This document shows positions 1 through 13,300 of a stretch of DNA of 64,000 bases, piece by piece. The translations under genes and the position numbers were made by a program. The DNA is taken from NCBI GenBank assembly GCA_964016885.1, contig OZ024757.1, positions 11,532,001-11,596,000 on the forward strand, given 5' to 3'. Source of the DNA: Eledone cirrhosa. Taxonomy: Eukaryota. Every line of letters begins with the position of its first letter. Positions within the stretch are counted from its first letter, which is position 1. Below the pieces are notes generated by a model that was not told the origin of the DNA, did no database searches, and saw nothing but the letters and a program-made list of their open reading frames with translations.

Positions 1-2
1 TC

Positions 3-935
3 CACTCACACTATGCTAAACCCATGGCCTCCAAATACCTGATACTCAAAAACTCAGCAATGTCCAGTAGTGCTAAGTTTAATATTCTGATCGCAGATTT
101 GGTACGAGTGATGAAGAATGTGTCCAGCATGTGCGACCCAACAGAAATGGAAGGACACATCCAACACTTCATCAACCGCATGCAGTTCTCTGGCTACAAC
201 CAAAGAGACAGAGTCAGAGTATACGAAGGAGCCATGGAAAAGTATAAGACCCTCATAGAACTGGACATGAAAGGAATTTGCCCACTATACAGGAGCAAAT
301 CATGGAATAGCTTAGATAGGGCTAGACATAAGATAGGGAAGGCCACATCATGGTACGACAACCAGAGATATCAGAGTGTCATGTTTGTGGACGCCACCCC
401 TGGAGGGAAATTAGCTAACCAGTGTAGAAAGGCCCTGAGAAAGACCCACTTAAAAATAAAGGTGGTAGAAAAGCCAGGAACCACCATAAAATCCCTGATC
501 AGCAAAACCTACCCTTTTAAGAAAACCCACTGTACCAATAGGAAATGTATCATATGTAAGGTGAACCCCCGGATAAACTGTAAAACTAGAAACGTAGTCT
601 ATAGCATAAGATGTACAGAGGGTACTTGCAGAAACACGACAACAACATACATAGGTGAGACAGCTCGTAGCATAGGTGAAAGGATAGACCAACACTGGGG
701 GGAACTAAAAGGACGAAAAAACGGGTCAGTACTATACGAACATGCTAGACAACATCATGACGGTAACATAGACAACATAGAAATTAGAATAATATCTAAA
801 CATAGGAATGACCCAGCAGATAGGCAAATCAGAGAGGCCAGTGAAATAGAAATTAGAAGACCAAAGCTAAACAGAAAGAATGAGTGGAACAACAACAACA
901 CCCAAACAAACAACACTGACCTAAGAGAAGTATAA
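3..935 (+). CDS. PLE polyprotein C-terminus: RT thumb, Cys linker and GIY-YIG endonuclease (5'-partial)
   Basis: The frame is open from the window start (HSHYAKPMAS...). It contains the linker CTNRKCIIC, the GIY-YIG core NVVYSIRC...C...YIGETARSIGERIDQH, the later LYEHARQHH, and RQIREA..I...RPKLNRK, all typical of PLE endonucleases. The CxxxxCxxC linker resembles Neptune/Nematis-type PLEs, but the clade is not certain. Confidence 0.88.
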   Translation, partial: HSHYAKPMASKYLILKNSAMSSSAKFNILIADLVRVMKNVSSMCDPTEMEGHIQHFINRMQFSGYNQRDRVRVYEGAMEKYKTLIELDMKGICPLYRSKSWNSLDRARHKIGKATSWYDNQRYQSVMFVDATPGGKLANQCRKALRKTHLKIKVVEKPGTTIKSLISKTYPFKKTHCTNRKCIICKVNPRINCKTRNVVYSIRCTEGTCRNTTTTYIGETARSIGERIDQHWGELKGRKNGSVLYEHARQHHDGNIDNIEIRIISKHRNDPADRQIREASEIEIRRPKLNRKNEWNNNNTQTNNTDLREV

Positions 936-1203
936 ATAAATAAGTAAATTAAATTAAATAAAATAAGATAAATAAATACATACACAAGCACATAAACACA
1001 CACTAGTCACCCAGCAGACAACACTATACACACTAGTCACACATCACACATAACACTATACACACACGCAAACGCATGCGCAAAGAAGACAAAATAAAAT
1101 AAGATAAACAAACAAGCAAATAAATAAATAAATATATAGACAGACTGAACAAAAAAAATGGCGTAGACATACAACACAACAGGAGGAACAATGAATATAA
1201 CAC

Positions 1204-1241
1204 CACTGACGATGTTGCAGATGTGCAACGAAAGATTTATG
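1204..1241 (+). ncRNA. Degenerate minimal type I hammerhead ribozyme in the PLE1 3' UTR
   Basis: CTGACGA-T-GTTGCA-gatg-TGCAAC-GAAA-GATT-TA. Both core motifs flank a perfect 6-bp stem II, but stem I has only 2 bp (CA/TG). Confidence 0.55.
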
Positions 1242-1450
1242 TAAACTATATATATATGTGTTTGTCTATATTGTATCTGTATTATTTTTGACCGCCGGTC
1301 AGTCAATGGCAACATTGAGGACCGAGTAAGTTAGATCGCAGATATATATATATAAAAGACAGCGAGAAGCGAAAACCAACCAAACAGTGAGTGTGTTCTG
1401 TTATTAATTCTGGCAATATTACGCAAATATGACCCTCCCCAAATATAACA

Positions 1451-4305
<2,855 letters not shown>

Positions 4306-4713
4306 ATATTAAATAAATGGAAACTATATTTATAAAACCATATTTATTTCGTTATATATATTTCAGGGATATCATATTAACAATATGTTATGCCATCTTC
4401 AGACAAAATACAATATAAACAGTCTTATAAATAAATAGATATGACATACCTTTCAATCACCTTGCATTTGTGAGGTTGATTTGGCAGTAAAAAATATCGT
4501 GGACAGTTGTAAAAAGAGAGAGATAAAGAGAGAAAGAAAGAGAAACGAAGAAAAAGAAGAAATGTATGTGACTAAATAGAGGGATATAGAAAGATAGATA
4601 AAGAGAAGAACTTCATGTAAAGAAACAGATAGAAATATATATGGAGAGATGAAAAAAGAAAGAGATAGATAGAGATAGATAGAGAAATTAGGAAGTTGAG
4701 TATCGGTTGATAC

Positions 4714-4715
4714 AT

Positions 4716-4746
<31 letters not shown>
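4714..4746 (+). repeat. (ATTT)n microsatellite within an AG-rich low-complexity spacer
   Basis: About 8 units of attt seen directly. Confidence 0.9.
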
Positions 4747-5118
4747 GCTCTAGTATTAATGTAAAGAGAGATGTATGTAGTTAAGAGAGAAAATAGCCGT
4801 TATATAGAGAGAAAAAAGAGAAAATGAAAAAGAGAAAATGAAACATAACCAGACATAAACGATGCAGAATTTAAAACCGCTATGTTTTATCCGTAGAAAA
4901 TATTAGTTCGTATAAAACAGGCATTATAATGTAAGTACCAGTATTCATGAATGAGACATGTATCTATAATGTGTGAAAAGTAATGATCTTATGTCTAGTT
5001 TTTAAAAATTCATATGTTTATATCATAATTATAAACAAACTCCCAATTCACACGAAAACATTCTCATTGTGCTATAAAAATTCAAGTATACATATATGTG
5101 TGTATATATACACATATA

Positions 5119-7024
5119 AATAGAGTCTATATTAATTTTAACAATACTATTCTTGTCTTTATTCTACATGATTGTCGATCAAGCAGAAATAGAGAACAGA
5201 TTTCAATATATTAATAAAAATAAAAATAAAAATATCAGAGACAAGAAAAAAAAAAAAATAAATAAACAGAAAACTAAAACATTTAATATTAAAAATAAAA
5301 AATATTACAAAATATTAAAAATATTAAAAAATAATACAAATAAAACACAGAGATCAGCCTTTCAAAGTTAATTGACAATATATTGCCAAGATCATCATAA
5401 GCATCAGAGTCGAAACAGATAAAACAAAAATTGTTTACCAAATCCTGTCTAGCAGAAATCATTCCAAAAGTTTAGGATACCCATTTGGTCTACATATGTT
5501 CTTATATATAATATAGAAGTTTATCTAGTTTAAAATTTAATTCGATATATTTGGAGCATCAGCTTTTAGGGTAGTTTAATTATTCATGAAGAATGTTTTA
5601 ATAAAAAGAATGTTTTAATAAAAAGAAGAAATCGAAAGATTTATCGGCTAGTTTCATAAATAATTACAAATCAAATCAAAACAAACAACTACATTTTAAA
5701 TTTAAATTTATATTTAAACGTTGAGTTCAATCTATGTCTGCAGCAACTGAATAAATTTGTCCGTAGATTAAGGGAATTTTTAGATTTTAGTATAAAGAAT
5801 ATCTCCTCCGCACAGAGGTCACATGTCTCAGAGGATGAATTAAAAGGAATCCCCCTTGAAACTATATTCCAAGTCGTCGAATATCTAACGTTATCATGCC
5901 TAAGTTGCCAGAGGACGCCTGATAGTGCTGTTGAAGATTTTTTGGATGGATCTGTGAAAGAATTCTTGTGGTTGTTATAGCGAAGTTTAAATTCCGTCGA
6001 TGTAGAACCAACGTAGTTAAAAGAATTAATGTCCGTTTTAACATTACAGTTGTATATTATATTTTTAACTAAGCAGTTGTTATTTAACGGACATTTAGAT
6101 CTATCTCTACAGTTACATTTGTTAACTTGGATATTATTTATGGTATTATCGCTAGGTTTTAAGTTCCTGTTATTTATTCTATTAATATTTTGCGCTAAAT
6201 TTTTGGTGGATGAGTAGGTTAGTTTTATAGTATGTCTATTGAAAATTGAGTGATACCTATGTGTTCTAGGGAAGCGATTATCGAGAGCTTTAAAAAATAG
6301 TTTAGCAATGTGGGTTTTAATGTTTAGTGAGAAAGGGGGGGGGGGCAAACCATATTATATTCCTAGTTCTATTTCTTTTATGGCTTTTGGAATTATTGTA
6401 ATGCTTTCTATTATAGTTGTTAAGGTTGTGGCCATAATTAAAATAGTTGTTATTTTGTTTAATTTGTTTATCATTATCTATGTACATAATTGTATCACTA
6501 TATCTTGCTCTAGCTAACGCTTCATTGTAATAATGGGCTTTTTCGTCGAAAATCTTTTTATTAGATGAGATTCTAGAGATACGTGATTGAACAGAGTTTA
6601 CTATAGTATTTTTAACAGATTTGGGGTGGTTAGAGTTAAAGCTGACATAGTTTAAGTTTTCATTCAACTTGTGAAATGGATAGTGAAGACATGTGTTGAG
6701 ATTTAATGTTATATCTAGGAAGTTGACTATTCTATGGTTATTCTCAATTTCTATTTTTAGATTAAAGTGATTAAAAAATTGTGTAATTTGTTTTCTTTTT
6801 CTATTTAGTTCAGAGTTATTATTATCAATAAGTAAAAGCATGTCATCTCTATATAAACCTCCGGTAGTACCAGGTATTTTCCTATGCAGCGAATTGATTA
6901 AAAATAAGCCCACAAGGTCAGTTACCTGAGCTGAGTCGGATGATCCCATAGTAATGTCAAAATTGTTATCTCTATCTGCTCGGGTCCATAGTTGGTCATT
7001 AAATTCTATCAATGTTTTCCTAGC

Positions 7025-7027
<3 letters not shown>
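5119..7027 (-). mobile_element. Penelope-like retroelement copy 2, 5'-truncated, between TA tracts
   Basis: Minus-strand RT and GIY-YIG coding region. It is truncated within RT at the (TA)n junction at ~7027, and the putative 3' UTR runs to a short TA/TG tract at ~5087-5118. Confidence 0.85.
5689..7027 (-). pseudogene. PLE RT and GIY-YIG ORF, 5'-truncated, with one frameshift in a G11 run
   Basis: RT motifs [32 protein letters not shown] and SNHP. Then IIWFAPP[fs]FS, IFNRHTIKLTYS, the linker CNCRDRSKCPLNNNC, the endonuclease NIIY..YVGSTSTEFKLRYNNH, CDLC and a terminal CCRH. The two ORF-track pieces (6317-7555 and 5689-6348) join at the G11 run at 6335-6345. Confidence 0.88.
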
Positions 7028-7095
<68 letters not shown>

Positions 7096-7136
7096 TACAT
7101 ATATAAATATATATATATGCATATATATATATACAC

Positions 7137-7211
<75 letters not shown>

Positions 7212-7212
7212 C

Positions 7213-7245
<33 letters not shown>

Positions 7246-7282
7246 CATATATACATATATACATATATATATATATACATAT

Positions 7283-7315
<33 letters not shown>

Positions 7316-7418
7316 TATATATATACATATATATATATACATATATAAATATATATATATGCATATATATATATGCACATATATATATACATATATATAT
7401 ATATACATATATATATAC

Positions 7419-7465
<47 letters not shown>

Positions 7466-7516
7466 CATATATATATAAATATATATATATACATATATAT
7501 ACATATATATATATAT
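7028..7516. repeat. Interrupted (TA)n tract
   Basis: Seen directly. Confidence 0.97.
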
Positions 7517-7645
7517 AATGTAGGAGGTGAGTTTTATTGTAGTACAATAAAGCAATGCAGATATCGGATAAGAAGCACTCTACAGTTTGTAGGACTGGAG
7601 TATACATAATATATAAGAACAGAAGATGTTTAAAGGAGTTCCATG

Positions 7646-7716
7646 TATTTTATTATGCGCATTTCAAAAACAAACATCATCATGCAATAATATTTGTGTT
7701 TTCATCAGATAAAACA
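7646..7716 (-). ncRNA. Minimal type I hammerhead ribozyme (left arm of PLE3)
   Basis: Minus strand reads TGTTTTAT-CTGATGA-[36-nt hairpin stem II]-GAAA-TGCGCA-TA-ATAAAATA. Stem I is 8 bp, stem III is the palindrome ATGCGCAT, and the cleavage triplet is AUA. Confidence 0.85.
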
Positions 7717-8524
7717 GGAGGACATGATATGAAGGCTAAAAAACACTTGTGGATAGTGCAGTTTTAAATCAACATATGAGAAGTAGTTTTAGATTGATGT
7801 GTGATATTGGGAAAAATATTTTATTTAGAGGGGGGGATGAAAAAAAGGAGGAGATGAATATAATGAGGAAGGATGAGATAGGAGGAGAGATGGGTGATAG
7901 AGAGAGATAGTTTTTATAACTGAGAAAGATATATTGTTTTACATAGAGATGTTGAAAACCGTTGGAAGATAATGTATGAATTAAAAGAATTTGAAAATTA
8001 ACGACGAAGGAGAGGGAGTTAATATGTATTGAGAATAATGAGTTTGATGATAGAGAGAAGAAAATAATGAATTCCGGATGAATGTTCTAACGTCAAAAAA
8101 GGTTTGTATGTTTACAAGTATTATGGAAATTTGAAAATTAACGAAATTTGAAAACTAACGAAGAGAAAAAAAGTGTAAAGTTAAGGTTTGTATATTGAAG
8201 GATTTGAGAAAAATAATGTGAAGTTAAGGTTTGTATATTGAAGGAATTGATAATATGTGCGAAGAAAGTTAATATGTATTGAGAATGAGTTAGATGATAA
8301 GGAGAAAAAAATAATGAATTAAGGATGAATAATCTGGCGTCAAAACAAATGTATATTTACGAAGGATTTTACAAGGTGAAAATAGAGTAAGGGTAATGAG
8401 TAAACAAGTATTATAGAGTGTATAATACCCTTTTAAATAAGGTAGGAAGATGGGTATATTTTAAAAGAGATGTATGTATATGTGCCTTTGAGAAAAAGAT
8501 TCTAAATTGATAAAGAATTGAATA

Positions 8525-9019
8525 TTAACTGTATACTTTGTGAAATGTTTTATGGAATTTATGCAAGCAGATAGAAAACAAATCAGTTCGTCTATTTATT
8601 ATAGAATCTAGATTAGAGATAATGGTAAATGTTTCATTTAGGCAGAGATTGCAGATTTTAGATATAGAACTGTTCAAGTATGAAGACGCAGAAGAAACCT
8701 TCTTCCAAAAGATGGTATATTTAATGTTTTTGTCTTTCAAGGACCATATGAGTTCTGAGAGAGCCGTGTTGGTTCTTTTAAGTTTGTATTTAAAAGTTGA
8801 ATGATGATTATAGAGACGAGCTTTAAAAGAGGTGGAAGTGGAGCCAAAATAGGTGAAGGAATTGGTGTTAGTTATAACTTTACATTCATAAATTAAGTTT
8901 TTATCAAGACAATGGTTGTTGAGAGGACATTTATTTTTAATAGGGCAATTGCAATTGCAATTAGAGAGATTATTAATGAGTGACCTAGTGTTATCTATAG
9001 AAGGAATTGGATTGGAGAA
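8525..9019 (-). pseudogene. GIY-YIG endonuclease fragment (left arm of PLE3)
   Basis: Reverse-complement translation gives CNCNCPIKNKCPLNNHC..NLIYEC..TYFGSTSTSFKARLYNH..CNLC..ICLHKF. It is out of frame with the upstream RT piece. Confidence 0.82.
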
Positions 9020-9218
9020 TATTACTAACTATAGCATTCTTGATATTAGTAGGATGGTTAGATTTAAAGTTAACATAATTTAGGTTCTCATTGTTTTCAT
9101 GGTAAGGGTAATATAGGCCAGTGTCAATATTAAGAGATACATCCAAGAAATTAGCTAGTTTGATACTGTTATCAAATTCAATTTTTAGGTTATGTTGGTT
9201 AAAGAGATTACGTATATT

Positions 9219-10295
9219 GTTAGTAATATTGGAAAAAGAAAATCTAACCTATCTTCTAATAAAAACATCTTTGATGCTAACGCCAATTACTATAATAACG
9301 CACTTTCTAAAGCCGGCTATCCTGATAAGATCAAATATAGTAAAGAAACAAATTCTAGAAGAACTTACAGTAGAATAATTAATCATGATCATTCCAATAA
9401 CTTTAATAAAAGACCTAGATACAAAAACATAATCTGGTATAATGCTCCTTTCTCCATCTCTATTAATAACAATATTCCTAAATTATTCTTTAGTGCCTTA
9501 AATAAATGCTTCCCTCCCTCACATATCTATAGTAAAATATTTAACAAACACACCATAAAATTTTCTTATTCTACATCCTCCAATATTTCCAACATTATCT
9601 CTAAACACAACAATAAAATACTAAATACTAAATCTCTTCATTCCAACACTGAATTTCATAATAATAGTAGTTGTACTCCCGACGTCATTGTAAACCCTAG
9701 GCTAATTTCTGCAAACCCAAATACAACGTCAAACACAACTTCGCTAAATGTTCATAATCCAACTCTAAATCAAGAAACTATTATTCCTATCACAAACAAC
9801 TTCTCCAATCCAATTACTTCTATAGATAACACTAGGTCACTCATTAATAATCTCTCTAATTGCAATTGCAATTGCCCTATTAAAAATAAATGTCCTCTCA
9901 ACAACCATTGTCTTGATAAAAACTTAATTAATGAATGTAAAGTTATAACTAACACCAATTCCTTCACCTGTTTTGGCTCCACTTCCACCTCTTTTAAAGC
10001 TCGTCTCTATAATCATCATTCATCTTTTAAATACAAACTTAAAAGAACCAACACGGCTCTCTCAGAACTCATATGGTCCTTGAAAGACAAAAACATTAAA
10101 TATACCATCTTTTGGAAGAAGGTTTCTTCTGCGTCTTCATACTTGAACAGTTCTATATCTAAAATCTGCAATCTCTGCCTAAATGAAACATTTACCATTA
10201 TCTCTAATCTAGATTCTATAATAAATAGACGAACTGATTTGTTTTCTATCTGCTTTCATAAATTCCATAAAACATTTCACAAAGTATACAGCTAA
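9219..10295 (+). pseudogene. PLE thumb, linker and GIY-YIG ORF fragment (right part of PLE3)
   Basis: YYNNALSKAGY, IIWYNAPFS, KIFNKHTIKFSYS, CNCNCPIKNKCPLNNHC, FGSTSTSFKARLYNH and CNLC are homologous to PLE2. It lacks the RT core. Confidence 0.85.
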
Positions 10296-11101
10296 TATTC
10301 AATTCTTTATCAATTTAGAATCTTTTTCTCAAACATACATCTCTTTTAAAATATACCCATCTTCCTACCTTATTTCAAAGGGTATTATACACTCTATAAT
10401 ACTTGTTTACTCATTACCTTTACTCTATTTTCACCTTGTAAAATCCTTCGTAAATATACATTTGTTTTGACGCCAGATTATTCATCCTTAATTCATTATT
10501 TTTTTCTCCTTATCATCTAACTCATTCTCAATACATATTAACTTTCTTCGCACATATTATCAATTCCTTCAATATACAAACCTTCACTTCACATTATTTT
10601 TCTCAAATCCTTCAATATACAAACCTTAACTTTACATTCTTTTTCTCTTCGTTAATTTTCAAATTTCGTTAATTTTCAAATTTCCATAATACTTGTAAAC
10701 ATACAAACCTTTTTTGACGTTAGAACATTCATCCAGAATTCATTATTTTCTTCTCTCTATCATCAAACTCATTATTCTCAATACATATTAACTCCCTCTC
10801 CTTCGTCGTTAATTTTCAAATTCTTTTAATTCATACATTATCTTCCAACGGTTTTCAACCTCTCTATGTAAAACAATATATCTTTCTCAGTTATAAAAAC
10901 TATTTCTCTCTCTCTATCACCCATCTCTCCTCCTATCTCATCCTTCCTCATTATATTCATCTCCTCCTTTTTTTCATCCTTCCCCCCCTCTAAATAAAAT
11001 ATTTTTCCCAATATCACACATCAATCTAAAACTACTTCTCATATGTTGATTTAAAGCTGCACTATCCACAAGTGTTTTTTAGCCTTCATATCATGTCCTC
11101 C

Positions 11102-11172
11102 TGTTTTATCTGATGAAAACACAAATATTATTGCATGATGATGTTTGTTTTAGAAATGCGCATAATAAAATA
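11102..11172 (+). ncRNA. Minimal type I hammerhead ribozyme (right arm of PLE3)
   Basis: Same fold as 7646-7716, but with a T>A change immediately 5' of GAAA that breaks the first stem II pair. Confidence 0.8.
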
Positions 11173-11213
11173 CATGGAACTCCTTTAACCATCTTCTGTT
11201 CTTATATATTATA

Positions 11214-11249
11214 TATATATATATGTATATGTATGTATATATATATATA

Positions 11250-11295
<46 letters not shown>

Positions 11296-11314
11296 ATATA
11301 TATATTTATATATG

Positions 11315-11345
<31 letters not shown>

Positions 11346-11457
11346 GTATATGTATATATATATATATGTATATATGTATATATGTGTATGTATATATATA
11401 TGTATATATATATGTATATATATATATATATATGAATATATATATATATATATATAC

Positions 11458-11504
<47 letters not shown>

Positions 11505-11643
11505 CATATATATATACATATATATATATATACATATATATATTCATATATATATATATATATACATATATATATACATATATATATACATATATATATA
11601 TATACATATATACATATATACATATATATATATATACATATAC

Positions 11644-11676
<33 letters not shown>

Positions 11677-11699
11677 CATATATAAATATATATTTACAC

Positions 11700-11734
<35 letters not shown>

Positions 11735-11855
11735 CATATATACATATATACATATATACATATATATATATACATATATACATATATACATATATATATA
11801 TATACATATATATATATACATATATATATATACATATATAAATATATATATATGC

Positions 11856-11912
<57 letters not shown>

Positions 11913-11933
11913 CATATATATATACATATATAT
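11214..11933. repeat. Interrupted (TA)n tract
   Basis: Seen directly. Confidence 0.97.
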
Positions 11934-12010
11934 AAGGGAGAGAATTGGGAGTGTGTAACACTCCACTTATCACGGAACCCTGCCCAACTGTGAGTGATAA
12001 CATTTCTTAT

Positions 12011-12210
12011 TTTTCATTTTTATTTTTATTTTTATTTTTATTTTTATTTTTATTTTTATTTTTATTTTTATTTTTATTTTTATTTTTATTTTTATTTTTA
12101 TTTTTATTTTTATTTTTATTTTTATTTTTATTTTTATTTTTATTTTTATTTTTATTATTTTTATTTTTATTTTTATTTTTATTTTTATTTTTATTTTTAT
12201 TTTTATTTTA
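12011..12210 (+). repeat. (TTTTTA)n microsatellite
   Basis: About 30 units seen directly. Confidence 0.95.
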
Positions 12211-12331
12211 CACTTTTCTTATTTTACTCCTTTTACTTTACTCTTTAAACTCCTCCCAACTTATGGTATCCCCACATATATTCTTCTGTTTTGGCTTTGT
12301 CAATGCTTGTATACTATGTATTTACTCTTTA

Positions 12332-12377
12332 TGCTCTGAAGAGTCCCACTTCTAGTGTGGACGAAACACTGTTAGCA
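12332..12377 (+). ncRNA. Minimal type I hammerhead ribozyme
   Basis: TGCT-CTGAAGA-GTCC.CAC-ttcta-GTG.t.GGAC-GAAA-C-act-G-TT-AGCA. Stem I is TGCT/AGCA, stem II is bulged and 7 bp, stem III is minimal, and the triplet is GUU. Confidence 0.8.
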
Positions 12378-12420
12378 ATTAAAGATATACCTATGTTCTA
12401 AGCGCTCTTTGTTGTTAATT

Positions 12421-12429
12421 GTATATACA

Positions 12430-12463
<34 letters not shown>

Positions 12464-12517
12464 CATATATATATATACATATATATACATATATATATAT
12501 TTATATGTATATATATG

Positions 12518-12552
<35 letters not shown>

Positions 12553-12567
12553 GTATATATATATATG

Positions 12568-12614
<47 letters not shown>

Positions 12615-12960
12615 GTATATATATATATGTATATATATGTATATATGTATATATGTATATATATATATACATATATATATACATATATATACATATATAT
12701 ATATACATATATATACATATATATACATATATATATATACATATATATATATATGTGTATATATATGTGTATATATATATATGTATATATATATTTATAT
12801 ATGTATATATATACATATATATGAATATACATATATATATACATATATATGAATATACATATATATATACATATATATATATACATATATACATATATAC
12901 ATATATATATATATACATATATAAATATATATATACATATATATATATACACATATATAT

Positions 12961-13013
<53 letters not shown>

Positions 13014-13064
13014 TATAGATATACATATATATATATGTACATATATATATACATATATATATAC

Positions 13065-13097
<33 letters not shown>

Positions 13098-13106
13098 TAT
13101 ATATAC

Positions 13107-13171
<65 letters not shown>

Positions 13172-13258
13172 TATACATATATATATATACATATATATAT
13201 ACATATATATATATACATATATATAAATATATTTATATATACATATATATATATATAC

Positions 13259-13289
<31 letters not shown>

Positions 13290-13300
13290 CATATATATAT
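12421..13300. repeat. Interrupted (TA)n tract
   Basis: Seen directly. Confidence 0.97.

Larger units (their letters stand above)
1..1450 (+). mobile_element. Penelope-like retroelement copy 1 (3' part; continues upstream of the window), ending in a (TA)n tract
   Basis: ORF with RT C-terminal/thumb region, Cys linker and GIY-YIG domain, then ~500 bp A/C-rich 3' UTR with a hammerhead-like core, then an abrupt junction to (TA)n at ~1451. Confidence 0.88.
7606..11213. mobile_element. Penelope-like retroelement copy 3, head-to-head inverted arrangement
   Basis: 7606-9019 is the reverse complement of 9801-11213. 9018-9224 encodes an RT segment on the minus strand (NLKIEFDN..ANFLDVSLN..YVNFKSNHP), and the ORF continues on the plus strand from 9219. 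Confidence 0.9.
11934..12420 (+). mobile_element. Non-coding hammerhead-containing unit between TA tracts (probable PLE 3' end/pLTR or non-autonomous derivative)
   Basis: No credible ORF. A hammerhead is followed by ATTAAA and then (TA)n ~40 bp later, the same layout as the PLE3 3' end. Confidence 0.6.

Noticed and set aside
5350-5410. Possible hammerhead in the PLE2 3' UTR (minus strand ATGATGA...hairpin...GAAAGGC)
   Set aside because: The core C is missing and stems I and III cannot be formed.
5589-5627. 17-bp tandem duplication AAGAATGTTTTAATAAA
   Set aside because: An ordinary local slippage event in a UTR with no evidence of function.
9192-9218. ATG start of the 367-aa ORF
   Set aside because: It lies in the inverted RT segment, so it is a chance start created by the rearrangement.
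11945-12355. FLFLFL/FYFYFY ORFs
   Set aside because: Translation of (TTTTTA)n.
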